The notes under the pieces are model-generated. The model saw only the letters and a list, made by a program, of their open reading frames with translations. It did not search any database and was not told the origin of the DNA. Positions 34,951 to 45,335 of a DNA stretch of 64,000 nt are shown here, piece after piece. The DNA is from a phage, in sequence record PX393109.1; one strand, given 5' to 3'. How positions within the stretch are numbered: position 1 is the first letter of the stretch; each line of letters opens with the position of its first letter. Made by a program: the position numbers and the translations under genes.

Positions 34951-37808
34951 TATGAGAACACCATCTTGTTGAAGAACGCCAGACCATAGTCATCAATAGT
35001 GTCACTCTTATCCGTAACCACTGAAGGTACGTTAGGAGTTATAGCAGCAGGATCCTGGTTCCTGGTGGAACCAGCAGCCATAGCGGCCAATTGATTATTC
35101 TGATCTTGACGTTGTTTATTAACATCGTCTGTAGGGGTAGGAGCCTTAGGGACCTCGAGAGGTACGTTCTGAGCAACCTGGGTAGCTCCTGACTTAGATG
35201 CCTCAGCATCAGAACCATTCTTCATCCATTCTGCAGTATATGCAGCACGGTCTGCTAACCCATTATACCCACCATTGACCGCCTTAGTTGCTACTTCAAC
35301 AGTAGCTCCTTTCTTCTCCATCTGTGGTCGCACACGATCTTTCCAATATGCAACCGCTAACTTATTGGCGATTTCAGGATCTTCAGCCATCTCAGGATTA
35401 TTTTCGAGATCTATACCCAGCATCTTACCATACTTCTGGTAATTAGCCCTACCAGTAAGCTGTATCCAGCCACGACCCTTATAACGAACCCCGTCCCCAG
35501 GATTTACGTTACCCAGGTCTTTACGACCCTCGTACGCTTTACCAGAGGCTAGTTCTTTATTATAACGGAAGTTACCAGACTCATGCTGAACCTGGCCCAT
35601 GAATAGAGCCAGTTCTTTATCGTCGATTCCCTGCTGCTTAGCATACTCTGCCAGACTATTCTTACGCTCCGTCTGCTCCTTAGAGCTGGGGAGGTATCGA
35701 GAGGCATTCTGCATAGCGGACTGTAGGATACTACCACCGGCATCAACAGCACTGTCATAACCATTGGATATTATTCCACCAACAGTTCTTGCGCCATTAA
35801 CTATGGAGGCACCTGCTCCGATAATCCCATTGGATACCGCAACAGCTCCTTTCTTAAGTCCTTTAAAGAAGTCACCGACTACCGGTAGGTCTGATAGCCA
35901 ATCAAATAGGCCACCAATACCTTCACCTATAGACTTCATAGGATCATTTATAAATTCTGTAACCAAGTTAGATAATTCACTGATTTCTCCGGTTATGGAC
36001 TTGGTTACCGAGTCGTAACTATCGGAGAACCACTTAGAGGTATCGGAGACGGACTTGGAAAGCCAGTCGGATGCATTCTTATACATCCCTGAGAATGACG
36101 CCGTTAGGTTATTTGCAATATTAACCGCACCTTCGTATGTCTTCTGTACAGTATCTACAGCAGACTTAGCGACATTCACTACATCCTCTGGAGAGGCTAA
36201 CCCGAAAGTTAACCCAGAGGCTAGTGAGGCTGCCGATGAGCCAGCCTTAGCCCAGTTATCATCGCTGCCGAATAGCTCCTTAGCCTTATCTCCATCCCAT
36301 CCAGAGACAGCATCGTAAACTCCCATACCAGCAGTTACGGCTAACCCAATTCCTGGAATGAACTTAGCTCCTCTAAGGCCAGCTCTCAGAAGCGCACCAC
36401 CTCCACGAGCAGCGCCTCTCGCAAGTCCTCCGGTGGCAGCTGCGTCGACTGCTCTGCCTGCCATCCTGCCAAGTCTACCGAACCTGCTGAGTCCACGACC
36501 GAGACGAGTCCTGCCTCTTCTTCCCCTACTTCTTCTACCTCTGCGGCCACGCTCATCGCCACCGCCGATAAGATCATCAAAGATAGAATCAGCAGCACCC
36601 TGCTTCTGTTCGTTAGCGAAAGGATCAATTTCTTCATGGTTAGCTCTTCCATTAGCTCTGGTTACCGATACCAGTTGCTCATCGATATCCACCAAAGTAG
36701 ACTGACCATTAATTAACTGAGTCTGCTTACGGGACAGTTCGTCCTGGCCAGACCTAGTCTCATTAATTAACTCTCGAATGCTGTTGTTAATCTCGTCCAG
36801 CTTCTGATTCTGCTCCTCTTCTGGAGTAGGTCCGAAACTGGGTTTTGGATTTACGGTAGCATCTGGAGTAGTAATCTCGACCTTAGTCTCTTTACCGTCG
36901 ACTTTAGCAGAGGCCTCAGTGGAAGATTCTCCATCGGGTTTATTTTCTGATTTAAGAATCTCTCGAGATATGGCCTTTAATTCTTCGTCAGTAGTATCCG
37001 GTTCGTCTTTCCTTTTACGGAACATGGATGATATTGCACCATCCAATTTATCAGATATACCGAATACACTATCCAGGTCCCCTAAACCTAAGGCACCTAG
37101 ACCAGATGAGAGTGCTTCCTTGCGGACAGAACCTACGGAAAACTGCGATGGGGTATTAAGGAACGAATCCCTTAAATTACGGCCAGTTTGACGTATGTTA
37201 AATCTGTCAAGAGTATCCCTCTCATCCTTACTCCTGTTCGTTAAGTTAGCAACCTTTACCGTATCAGAATATTTAATCTTTACGTTCTGATTGGCTAACT
37301 CAGCTCTAGCTTGCTCAATGATGCGGTTATTCTTCCGCATATTGATAGTACTAAGTGAGGAATTGGATACGTTAAGTACTCGAAGTAACCCACTCAGTTC
37401 TCTCATAGCAGTCATACGGACGCCACGAGTAAGTCTAGAGTCATTTAATATTGACTGATAGGTGTCGAGTAAAGATTCTGCAGCGATGGCCTTTTGATCC
37501 TCGGCAGTAGCGTACATATCCGCAACCTGGCCTACTTTATCTCTTAAGGAGATCAGCTGCTCAGCTTCCTGGGTAGAGAACTTAGCCCTACCGTAAAACT
37601 TACCCATCAGTGTATTCAGGGTCTTAACTTCATCAGAGCTAAGACCGACATCTACATCGTTGCTGGAGAGTATCTTAACAGTAGAACGAATCCCGATAAG
37701 ATCTTCTTCCAGTTTAGACCTGGCATGCTCGTAATCAGAGGCATCCTTAATCGGATCGGTAGCTTCTGTACGAGCAATCCCAGATATGCCTCTAACTATG
37801 CTAACCAT
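34950..37808 (-). CDS. tail tape measure protein with embedded GH19 lysozyme-like domain
   Basis: 952 aa; coiled-coil N-terminus, Arg/Gly-rich tract, then FMGQVQHESGNF...RYKGRGWIQLTGRANY (GH19 motifs) near the C-terminus. Confidence 0.75.
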   Translation of the reverse strand: MVSIVRGISGIARTEATDPIKDASDYEHARSKLEEDLIGIRSTVKILSSNDVDVGLSSDEVKTLNTLMGKFYGRAKFSTQEAEQLISLRDKVGQVADMYATAEDQKAIAAESLLDTYQSILNDSRLTRGVRMTAMRELSGLLRVLNVSNSSLSTINMRKNNRIIEQARAELANQNVKIKYSDTVKVANLTNRSKDERDTLDRFNIRQTGRNLRDSFLNTPSQFSVGSVRKEALSSGLGALGLGDLDSVFGISDKLDGAISSMFRKRKDEPDTTDEELKAISREILKSENKPDGESSTEASAKVDGKETKVEITTPDATVNPKPSFGPTPEEEQNQKLDEINNSIRELINETRSGQDELSRKQTQLINGQSTLVDIDEQLVSVTRANGRANHEEIDPFANEQKQGAADSIFDDLIGGGDERGRRGRRSRGRRGRTRLGRGLSRFGRLGRMAGRAVDAAATGGLARGAARGGGALLRAGLRGAKFIPGIGLAVTAGMGVYDAVSGWDGDKAKELFGSDDNWAKAGSSAASLASGLTFGLASPEDVVNVAKSAVDTVQKTYEGAVNIANNLTASFSGMYKNASDWLSKSVSDTSKWFSDSYDSVTKSITGEISELSNLVTEFINDPMKSIGEGIGGLFDWLSDLPVVGDFFKGLKKGAVAVSNGIIGAGASIVNGARTVGGIISNGYDSAVDAGGSILQSAMQNASRYLPSSKEQTERKNSLAEYAKQQGIDDKELALFMGQVQHESGNFRYNKELASGKAYEGRKDLGNVNPGDGVRYKGRGWIQLTGRANYQKYGKMLGIDLENNPEMAEDPEIANKLAVAYWKDRVRPQMEKKGATVEVATKAVNGGYNGLADRAAYTAEWMKNGSDAEASKSGATQVAQNVPLEVPKAPTPTDDVNKQRQDQNNQLAAMAAGSTRNQDPAAITPNVPSVVTDKSDTIDDYGLAFFNKMVFS

Positions 37809-37886
37809 TATTTACTCTCCGCAGCAACTATTTCTTGATAATGGTGGAACGCCTCGGAAAAGTCCATCCTTTTCACGTGGTAAAGA

Positions 37887-38717
37887 TCAACCATGTTTCT
37901 TCTTGCCAAAAGAGATGAGATGTTTAATAGAGACTTCATCTCTACGAAACGGTTCCGCCAGTTGGCTTACCCCCTTGACCGTTACTTCGGCCTTATGTCC
38001 ACACTTAGGGCAAGCACATTCAATATACTGGCGACCAAAGTCAAGAATCTCGTCGATCATCTGAAGAGCCTGAATTATATCAGAGTCTTTATTCTCGAGG
38101 ATAATCTTCTTGGCTTCTTCGTAGGTCTTATTACGGACCATCTTAGGCAACTCTACTTCCGCAGAGCGCTCGGGAGAGATACGACGGCACACCATCATAT
38201 CATCAACCGTAAACGGAGTGAATTCCAGAGTATCCCCATTAGGAAGATCGAGGATAATAGGCAATTCTTCTATTTCGGTTAAGTCCTGGAAGATAATCTC
38301 GCTTAAGCTACGGCTAGAGGAGATATATTCCTGGCAACCTGGGCATGTGTAGGAAAGACGCCACTCGTTCTTAGAGAACGTGGTTAACTTACGGAGTACC
38401 ATAATAAGGAGGAGATCTTCGAATACGATCTGTCCCTTAGTTATACCGCGAGTTTCGATGTTGGCGAAGGTCAGTTCGATCTTCTGCTCAAGAGTCATCT
38501 TACCGTGGGACCATCTTTCTACTTCGCCGAAGCTGTAGGGCTTATACGAAATAGTGGTACCAGCAGGGTAAGCTAAGAACCGAGACGGAAGCTGTTCCGC
38601 GGTAATCAGAATACCAGTAGAGTCTGACGTAGCCGGATCGACTACGGGAGTCGCAGCAACGACTTCCTCGGAAGCCTTCTGGGACGCTAATTCTTCACGA
38701 GATACAGTTTCCATCAT
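37887..38717 (-). CDS. zinc-ribbon protein in tail-assembly position
   Basis: YTCPGCQEY and ECACPKCGH pairs; located between tube/chaperone and tape measure. Confidence 0.4.
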   Translation of the reverse strand: MMETVSREELASQKASEEVVAATPVVDPATSDSTGILITAEQLPSRFLAYPAGTTISYKPYSFGEVERWSHGKMTLEQKIELTFANIETRGITKGQIVFEDLLLIMVLRKLTTFSKNEWRLSYTCPGCQEYISSSRSLSEIIFQDLTEIEELPIILDLPNGDTLEFTPFTVDDMMVCRRISPERSAEVELPKMVRNKTYEEAKKIILENKDSDIIQALQMIDEILDFGRQYIECACPKCGHKAEVTVKGVSQLAEPFRRDEVSIKHLISFGKKKHG

Positions 38718-38723
38718 TGATCC

Positions 38724-39200
38724 TTAGTTCTTACCTGCTATGATGAAGTTCATTGTGAAGTTGACTTGATCCGAATTGGACGAGCCACTTCTGTTTACCG
38801 CACCGTCTGGGAATACATAGAATGTCTCTAACAACACTCTCTGTCTTTGACGATTTAAGGTAGCTACTATAACTGGTCTAACGCACTCAGCTAAAGTAAG
38901 TACTCCGGAAGATTCCTGGTATATTTCATCGAACCAATGCTGATACCACTCATGGAGTGTCATCTTCTCATCGTCCAATACCTGGAATGTTAAATCCGGA
39001 GATCCCTTACTCTGGGGGAACTTAAAATCTCGCATGTAAAACTGCTGAGACATAGCTAACCCAGTTACTGAGTTCAACTGATAATCCGTAGCAGGAAACC
39101 AGTCGGAGAATGGGGACGGAGCATCAGGGAATCTTACATCCCACAAGTGCATTTGTCCCCATTCGATAGACCGTACTTGTTGAACATTATTCAAAAACAC
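38724..39200 (-). CDS. tail assembly protein (chaperone position)
   Basis: 158-aa ORF between tube and tape measure. Confidence 0.4.
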   Translation of the reverse strand: MFLNNVQQVRSIEWGQMHLWDVRFPDAPSPFSDWFPATDYQLNSVTGLAMSQQFYMRDFKFPQSKGSPDLTFQVLDDEKMTLHEWYQHWFDEIYQESSGVLTLAECVRPVIVATLNRQRQRVLLETFYVFPDGAVNRSGSSNSDQVNFTMNFIIAGKN

Positions 39201-39214
39201 GGTCTACCTCTCTA

Positions 39215-39739
39215 TTAAAGAGCTCCTTCCTTGAAGTCGTCGTAGGACAACGTCAGGACTGGTTTCAGTACGTCAGCCGAAGTAGAGCCCAGCTGGCCAC
39301 CAGCATCATAATCTTCCAGGAATACACCTTCGAGATCATAATACCAGATACCGACTTTCTGACGATTCAGGCGTTTAAGACGCAGTTTCGCCTTAACATC
39401 CTGAGTACGGCCAGCAACACCAGTACCAGTCTGGTAGCACATTTCACGCCAGTTAGCAATCTGCTGAGCGATTGCGTTATCCACAGTTTCGTTACAGGTT
39501 AGTGTAAGAGTCTGAGGAGGAGCGTAAATCCCAGGCTGTTTAACCGGCACCAGACCACGAATCTGGATAGATGTGGAAGTACCAGTCTTTTTCGGAATAT
39601 CCGAAGATTCGCAACGCAGGAAGACTGCATCCGACAGATTATTCAGGCCGGAAGGTACAGTGATGAACTGTAATTCCCAGTCGACGATCGTGGCGAAGTC
39701 TCCCAGATTGCGGACTTGATCCAAAGTAATAGGCGGCAT
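39215..39739 (-). CDS. tail tube protein
   Basis: ORF track 39215..39802; likely start at MPPITLDQ just after sheath stop; size and position. Confidence 0.6.
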   Translation of the reverse strand: MPPITLDQVRNLGDFATIVDWELQFITVPSGLNNLSDAVFLRCESSDIPKKTGTSTSIQIRGLVPVKQPGIYAPPQTLTLTCNETVDNAIAQQIANWREMCYQTGTGVAGRTQDVKAKLRLKRLNRQKVGIWYYDLEGVFLEDYDAGGQLGSTSADVLKPVLTLSYDDFKEGAL

Positions 39740-39749
39740 CCTGATCTCC

Positions 39750-41549
39750 TTACAGTGCTTCCGCGGCCAGATCGAAGTCCACACTGTTATTGGTAATACC
39801 AATAGTCAGAGGGATGTATTCGGTCGAGTTATTCGGGCAAACCAGCAGGCTTACTCGCAGGATATGGTTATCCACATCGCTTGCAGTGTTGTTGGTATCA
39901 TCACAGATAGTGACGTACTTAGTAACACCGCGACGAGCCATGATCGAATCCATATAGGTATCGACCATACCTTTAGCCAGTGCACGAGTATCCGCATCGT
40001 TGAATTCGAACAGGAAGTTCGCCAACAGTTTACGGATAGCCGGACCGATGGTAACCAGCAGGAGTCGGACGTTCAGGCGATCCAGCATGGAGCTAGCGTA
40101 CTGAAGAGTCTTCTGACCCCAGATCTTGATACCTTCGCCTTCTTCGAATACGATAGGGTTAATACCCGCATCATACAGAAGATCCTGGTCAGAGTCGAGC
40201 AGGTGTACGTACGTATCCAGCACGTTAACCACACCACGCTTGTTACCACCCACTGGGTACCAGATCTCGAAGTTAGACGCAGTATCGAAGATAGCCTTCG
40301 TCGCAACGCCGTCCGGAGATACCCACAGATTACGGTCGTTGTAACGATCGTAGATCTTAACGTGAGGTGCATACATGGCAGCATAACTGGTATCCCAGTT
40401 AGTGTCGTGCTTACGATAGTTAACCATAGACTGGGCAGGAGATACGCCACCCTGTGCAGTCAGAGGAACCGAGGTAATACCGACGCAGTCAGCACGGGAC
40501 TCTGCCAGTGCGATGATCGCTGAACCGTATGCCTGAGAAGTACGACCACCGTTCATGATCACTTTAATAGCGAATTCACGAGGGTTGTTGAGCTTATTCA
40601 GAGCACGAATACAGTCTCCATCGGTAACCGGAGATCCGTTAGAACCACCACCCAATGCTGCTGGGATAACGATGTCAGCCACCGGATCAGTGTTCAGAGG
40701 GTTATTAAACACCTGAGCATAGATATTGTCGGCAGTAACATCTTCGATGTACAGAGACTTATTGTCCTGATCCTTAAGACCATTGATCTTAGAACCGATT
40801 ACGTCCAGCACCGGATTAACCAGATCGTCCGCTTTAAATACCCGCAGATTGAAGGTATTGGGGATCTTGGTGTACTCCACAGCCGGAGATACGATAACTC
40901 CGGTAGCATCGGACACGGTCAATGTAACAGGAGTAGATGCGGTAGCATTAGCTCGGCTGGTTGCCAGCTTAATACCACCAGTAGCAGGTACTGCGAAGTA
41001 AGTGGTGTAATCATTAACTTCAGCAGGCAAGTTAGAGCCAGCCAGTTTAACCGGATAACCAGCACCCCATTTCTGGGTAGACTTAAGAATACCACCAGTT
41101 ACGGCGACAGTCTCAGTAGCTTTATAGCCGAGTACCTGGAAGCGGAGTTCATCACCCCAAAGACCCTGGTTAGCTGCTGCGATCAGGAAGGACTCGTCGT
41201 CCATATCCACTGCAGACGGATCTTTAATATCACTGGCAGTAACGACGGTACCGTCTTTATTTACCAGAGCGCCTGAATAGCGAGCATCAGCAGAAGCAGC
41301 ACGAACTACCACCACGCTGGAGTATTTCTCCAACACGGTTAGCGCAGAGAAGTGCGCAGTAGACATACCGATGTCGATTTGCTCATTTGGCGTAAAGATT
41401 TTCAGGAAGTTGGGAGCATTGCCAGGCACGATCGGTTTCTCTACCGGACCTTTAACAGCATCAACTACGATAGCCGCATAAATAGTCTCAGTGGCAGGAA
41501 CGTACGCACTCAGATCGCGCTCCGCATAGCTTACGCGTGGTGCAGACAT
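39750..41549 (-). CDS. contractile tail sheath protein
   Basis: 599 aa; C-terminal GINPIVFEEGEGIKIWGQKTLQ matches the conserved sheath C-terminal motif. Confidence 0.8.
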   Translation of the reverse strand: MSAPRVSYAERDLSAYVPATETIYAAIVVDAVKGPVEKPIVPGNAPNFLKIFTPNEQIDIGMSTAHFSALTVLEKYSSVVVVRAASADARYSGALVNKDGTVVTASDIKDPSAVDMDDESFLIAAANQGLWGDELRFQVLGYKATETVAVTGGILKSTQKWGAGYPVKLAGSNLPAEVNDYTTYFAVPATGGIKLATSRANATASTPVTLTVSDATGVIVSPAVEYTKIPNTFNLRVFKADDLVNPVLDVIGSKINGLKDQDNKSLYIEDVTADNIYAQVFNNPLNTDPVADIVIPAALGGGSNGSPVTDGDCIRALNKLNNPREFAIKVIMNGGRTSQAYGSAIIALAESRADCVGITSVPLTAQGGVSPAQSMVNYRKHDTNWDTSYAAMYAPHVKIYDRYNDRNLWVSPDGVATKAIFDTASNFEIWYPVGGNKRGVVNVLDTYVHLLDSDQDLLYDAGINPIVFEEGEGIKIWGQKTLQYASSMLDRLNVRLLLVTIGPAIRKLLANFLFEFNDADTRALAKGMVDTYMDSIMARRGVTKYVTICDDTNNTASDVDNHILRVSLLVCPNNSTEYIPLTIGITNNSVDFDLAAEAL

Positions 41550-41559
41550 TTAAATCTCC

Positions 41560-41751
41560 TTATTTCATCTTAACGCCAGCAGGAAGTTTGACATCTTCCA
41601 GCCACTCTTTAGGAACATCCTTCAGGATACCCTTAGGAGGAACGAGGATAGTTTGACCACCTTTAATGGTGATCTCGACGTCATAATCCACAATAGAGAA
41701 CAGGCGAACCTTTTCGCTAACTGGGGCGTCGGTTTTATTTTGTTCAGACAT
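41560..41751 (-). CDS. hypothetical small protein
   Basis: ORF track 41560..41889; internal start MSEQNK avoids overlap with the upstream gene. Confidence 0.35.
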   Translation of the reverse strand: MSEQNKTDAPVSEKVRLFSIVDYDVEITIKGGQTILVPPKGILKDVPKEWLEDVKLPAGVKMK

Positions 41752-41752
41752 C

Positions 41753-42418
41753 TTAATCTCCGAGATCTGTAATTGTAAACTTATCCGGAAGTACTCCGCC
41801 ATTACAGGACTGGAGTTGGAACTCAACCACCTCGATAAGGTTATTGAGGTCATCCTCACCCAGTTCCGTGGCTGATATAACCGGTCCACTAATCTCCGCA
41901 GAGCCAGTTAAGGCTTTGTAGTAATTAGTCTCCAGATTAAAGGTTATATCTTCCAGAGACATGCCCCAGTTTAAGGCGAAGGTAAATTCACCTAGCGACT
42001 GCCCCATGTTCACTGTAGCATTCGTAATCCCGTTTAACCCACGCTGCGTTAACCAGTCAACCTCAAACTGCTCAACATCTTTCATATTCGTGGCGAAGAA
42101 TACGAATCTGTAGTCCATCTTCATCATGGCTACAGTTACGTTGTACCATTTACCATCGGCGCCTTTCATCTTCTGAGATATGGTTTTACCCATATCCCCT
42201 CTGCGGAAGGGCGTCCGGTTCCACGACAGAATCGGCATCGTGGATTTAGCCTCACGATAGTTATTCAATTGAATACTCGTGGCTCTGACATTCTCTATGG
42301 ATGTTTCATAACCAGCCATAGGATCAAACACGATACTCTTAACAGTCTTATAGTTAGTAGCTAACCACTTATTAAGAGCAGCAATTACATCAGCAGGAGT
42401 GATCGCCAAACTAGCCAT
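41753..42418 (-). CDS. hypothetical virion protein (neck/tail completion region)
   Basis: 221-aa ORF between capsid and sheath genes. Confidence 0.4.
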   Translation of the reverse strand: MASLAITPADVIAALNKWLATNYKTVKSIVFDPMAGYETSIENVRATSIQLNNYREAKSTMPILSWNRTPFRRGDMGKTISQKMKGADGKWYNVTVAMMKMDYRFVFFATNMKDVEQFEVDWLTQRGLNGITNATVNMGQSLGEFTFALNWGMSLEDITFNLETNYYKALTGSAEISGPVISATELGEDDLNNLIEVVEFQLQSCNGGVLPDKFTITDLGD

Positions 42419-42419
42419 A

Positions 42420-42983
42420 TCAATCCCCTATGTTTGATAATTGGAATCTGGTAACGATATCCACTTTTCGACCAAGAGATACCGGCTTAATTACTCGGAA
42501 TCTCGCGAGAGCTCCGTCTTTCCTGTCGAACTCTACGACATCACCTGTCTTTAAGTCCTTGGAGGTAAGAGCAAAAGCATACCCGCTATCCTCGAGGAAG
42601 CCTCCCTCATAGCCCGCTACTATTCGCCATTGAGATGCGGTAAGCAGTACTCGGAACTCGTCTTCTACTTCGTAACCCGAAGAGACGTCGATTTCGTTCT
42701 GAGCTAGCGCACCGTCCTCTAAAGTACCCAAGCTGGATAAGTCCAGCGACGAACCTGATGCCGATGCAACTGCATTATCCATGCCAGAATACACCGAGTT
42801 CGCTGTAATGGGGATTAGTTCGTCGACTCCTCCGTAATTGCCGTAGACCTCATCACGTAGGTCGTTGACTTTACGATACAACCGACAATATATACCAGCA
42901 GTTTTCACTGCTAAAGGTATTTGAACTAATGCGAACTTGCGGGAAGCCTCCTCCAGTCTATCCTGGTGAGTTCTCTTCTCCAT
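42420..42983 (-). CDS. hypothetical virion protein
   Basis: 187-aa ORF, coupled. Confidence 0.4.
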   Translation of the reverse strand: MEKRTHQDRLEEASRKFALVQIPLAVKTAGIYCRLYRKVNDLRDEVYGNYGGVDELIPITANSVYSGMDNAVASASGSSLDLSSLGTLEDGALAQNEIDVSSGYEVEDEFRVLLTASQWRIVAGYEGGFLEDSGYAFALTSKDLKTGDVVEFDRKDGALARFRVIKPVSLGRKVDIVTRFQLSNIGD

Positions 42984-42992
42984 AAAAGCCTC

Positions 42993-43622
42993 TTACATAG
43001 AAGCCAACATGTAATCGCTCTGGGTTTTAAGATCTTCCATAGCCTGATCATACATCTGTTGGCCGTCCGCTATTAGTGCATCACCATCCATCAGTATAGG
43101 ACTATCACTGATCTGGAAGGCTCGTCGGGACCTGCCTAAGACTTGCATCATCTTACCATGAACCATGCTCATGAACGTAGTTGCTGTTAAGTCTAAGGAG
43201 TCGATTGACTTAGTTTCTTTATTATAGGTGTGCGCTACTGCATACTCACACAAGTACTGCCCATCTTCCATATACATATTGAACACTCCGTTATCGAAGC
43301 GCCAGTAGTTCTGGGAGATGGTACCGAATCTATTGTTGGTGATTAAGCGAGTAAAACCACCATTAACGAATAGTCGGTGAATTACGATAGGGATGGGCTC
43401 AGGATTACCGTGCTCATCCTTACCAGTAAATCTTCGGTTATTCCAGAGATTCAAAGCTCCAGTAACCAGATTAGGTTTATATCTGGAGTAGGTGGCCAGC
43501 TCTTTAGCTATGATAAGCTCCACTCGGTCCTGCGTAAGAGCAGTATCATCCAGACTATCCAGAATAAATTGCCCTGATTCTAACAGGAACGATTCAACGA
43601 GTTCATCATAGCTCAGACTCAT
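42993..43622 (-). CDS. hypothetical virion protein
   Basis: 209-aa ORF. Confidence 0.4.
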   Translation of the reverse strand: MSLSYDELVESFLLESGQFILDSLDDTALTQDRVELIIAKELATYSRYKPNLVTGALNLWNNRRFTGKDEHGNPEPIPIVIHRLFVNGGFTRLITNNRFGTISQNYWRFDNGVFNMYMEDGQYLCEYAVAHTYNKETKSIDSLDLTATTFMSMVHGKMMQVLGRSRRAFQISDSPILMDGDALIADGQQMYDQAMEDLKTQSDYMLASM

Positions 43623-43906
43623 AACCCCATAGCCTCTCTGCGACGAATTGATTTAGCGCGTTTCAGCTTAACCGTGGCCTTACGCTGTACCTTACGGACA
43701 GCTTTAGAACGCTTACGGTGCTCAGTAGCTGTCATCTTCTCGATGTTGCCAGTCTGAGGATTACGCTTAAATCCTGGCTTAGGTGCCGGACCAGCGTACT
43801 GACGCTTCTGACGAATCACCAGACGACCGTCACGAATCTGTTTGATGCGCTTGATCGTATAAGTGGCTTCGTCAACAGACGAAAGAACTTCTGCTGCAGT
43901 TACCAT
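43619..43906 (-). CDS. small basic protein (head-tail joining region)
   Basis: 95 aa, Lys/Arg-rich. Confidence 0.4.
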   Translation of the reverse strand: MVTAAEVLSSVDEATYTIKRIKQIRDGRLVIRQKRQYAGPAPKPGFKRNPQTGNIEKMTATEHRKRSKAVRKVQRKATVKLKRAKSIRRREAMGL

Positions 43907-44442
43907 TATATACTCCTAGTTGGTCTTGATAAGTACTCTTGTACCTGAGAATCAGGCTGGAGAACTCCCATAGAAAACAGATTCTTCACGAGAGCCAGAG
44001 CATGTTTACACATTCCTGGTACGTTGCCTGGGTTTCTAGGAGGACGATCCGTTGTTTTACGTACATACGGCTTAAATCTACCCAGGAGAGCACCCTTAGA
44101 CTTATTAGGGTACTGCCACATGAAATAATCGTCCTTACAAGAACATCTGATCTGGACAGTATTCCGAGTGGTAGGCTTCTGAAGATAAATCTTCCCGTTA
44201 GGAGAATTGTACGTCAGAGGGAAATCAGGAGACGGAACATCAGAATAACCTACTCCAGAGAATACAATCTGGGACTGATATGCCGAATACGATTCACCAC
44301 TGGAAGGGCGTGCCTGAGATTTAACGATGAGCTGTTTATTTCTCATAACATAGTTAAAATCGAACGAGCCTACTTTACCAGTAGGATATTGATTCTTCCT
44401 GAGAGTATCTGTTCCCTGGAGAACTAAACTGCGAATATCCAT
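43906..44442 (-). CDS. hypothetical virion protein
   Basis: 178-aa ORF. Confidence 0.4.
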   Translation of the reverse strand: MDIRSLVLQGTDTLRKNQYPTGKVGSFDFNYVMRNKQLIVKSQARPSSGESYSAYQSQIVFSGVGYSDVPSPDFPLTYNSPNGKIYLQKPTTRNTVQIRCSCKDDYFMWQYPNKSKGALLGRFKPYVRKTTDRPPRNPGNVPGMCKHALALVKNLFSMGVLQPDSQVQEYLSRPTRSI

Positions 44443-44475
44443 ACTATGCTCCGTAGGCTCGTTGAATTTTAGCTA

Positions 44476-45186
44476 TTACTTGGTTACTTTAGCATCCAGA
44501 ATAGCGGTGATCGCTTCACCTTTGTTGGTGTAATCAATACCGTTAGATTCCGCGATGCTCTTAACGGTGGCCCAGTGAGTAGATTCCAGCTCTTCGCGAG
44601 TGTACTGCTCACCTTCGCCATCTTCTTCAGATTTGGTGGGTTCTTCACCGGTAAACTGACGGATGCCAGAGTCGGATTTATCTGCAGAAGCATCTTCCGC
44701 ATTACCAGCACCCTGATCTTCACCACCAGCAGCAGCGCCAGCGTTATTTAATTCTGCGTCGGTCACTTCTTTAGGAGCGACGTTAGACTCGCCACCAGTT
44801 TTAGGTGCAGCAGCATCCTGGTTAGCGCCAACTACCGCAGTATCGGGCACTTTGTCATTGATCTTATGATCAGAGCGCTCAGCAGCAGTGTTAATTTCTT
44901 CTTTGGTCAGAGCAGTACCCTGGATAACAGTACCTGGCTCTTTGTCCAGAGAGTTCGGATGTTCAGGCTCAGCTGCGACCACTTCGTCTTTATCGGTCTG
45001 ATCGCCAGACGCATCACCACTTACTTCCGTATAGGAAAGCAGGTTAGATACGCGACCGATCTCTTTAACGAAATCGCGAGACGGGTTACGAATGGTCAGA
45101 CTCTCTTTAGGAGCGATGCTTACCGGACCGTCTGCGGACAGGTTAGCTTGAACAGTGTACTCGGACTTATTAGTTACCTTATACAT
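44476..45186 (-). CDS. acidic head-associated protein (decoration-like?)
   Basis: 236 aa, Asp/Glu/Ala-rich, immediately downstream of major capsid gene. Confidence 0.35.
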   Translation of the reverse strand: MYKVTNKSEYTVQANLSADGPVSIAPKESLTIRNPSRDFVKEIGRVSNLLSYTEVSGDASGDQTDKDEVVAAEPEHPNSLDKEPGTVIQGTALTKEEINTAAERSDHKINDKVPDTAVVGANQDAAAPKTGGESNVAPKEVTDAELNNAGAAAGGEDQGAGNAEDASADKSDSGIRQFTGEEPTKSEEDGEGEQYTREELESTHWATVKSIAESNGIDYTNKGEAITAILDAKVTK

Positions 45187-45269
45187 ATCTACCTCTTTGG
45201 TTGGTGGTTAGTGCTAGTGTGTCGTCCTGACTAAATTTAGTTTGACTAATCGAGATATGTCAAAGTAAA

Positions 45270-45309
45270 TTAAAACAAGAAAAACTACGGCCTCAATAAG
45301 AGGCCGTAG
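45270..45309 (-). terminator. rho-independent terminator downstream of major capsid gene
   Basis: perfect 10-bp stem CTACGGCCTC/GAGGCCGTAG with AATAA loop; U-run on the - strand side. Confidence 0.7.
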
Positions 45310-45335
45310 CTAATGCCAACTTAACGCATCAAATC

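Noticed and set aside
36358-36705. Pro/Leu/Ser-rich + strand ORFs antisense to the tape measure gene
   Set aside because: Reverse-strand reading of the tape measure Arg/Gly-rich tract; not independent genes.
39864-40523. 219-aa + strand ORF antisense to the tail sheath gene
   Set aside because: Shadow ORF; the sheath CDS has a diagnostic C-terminal motif and the antisense frame has none.
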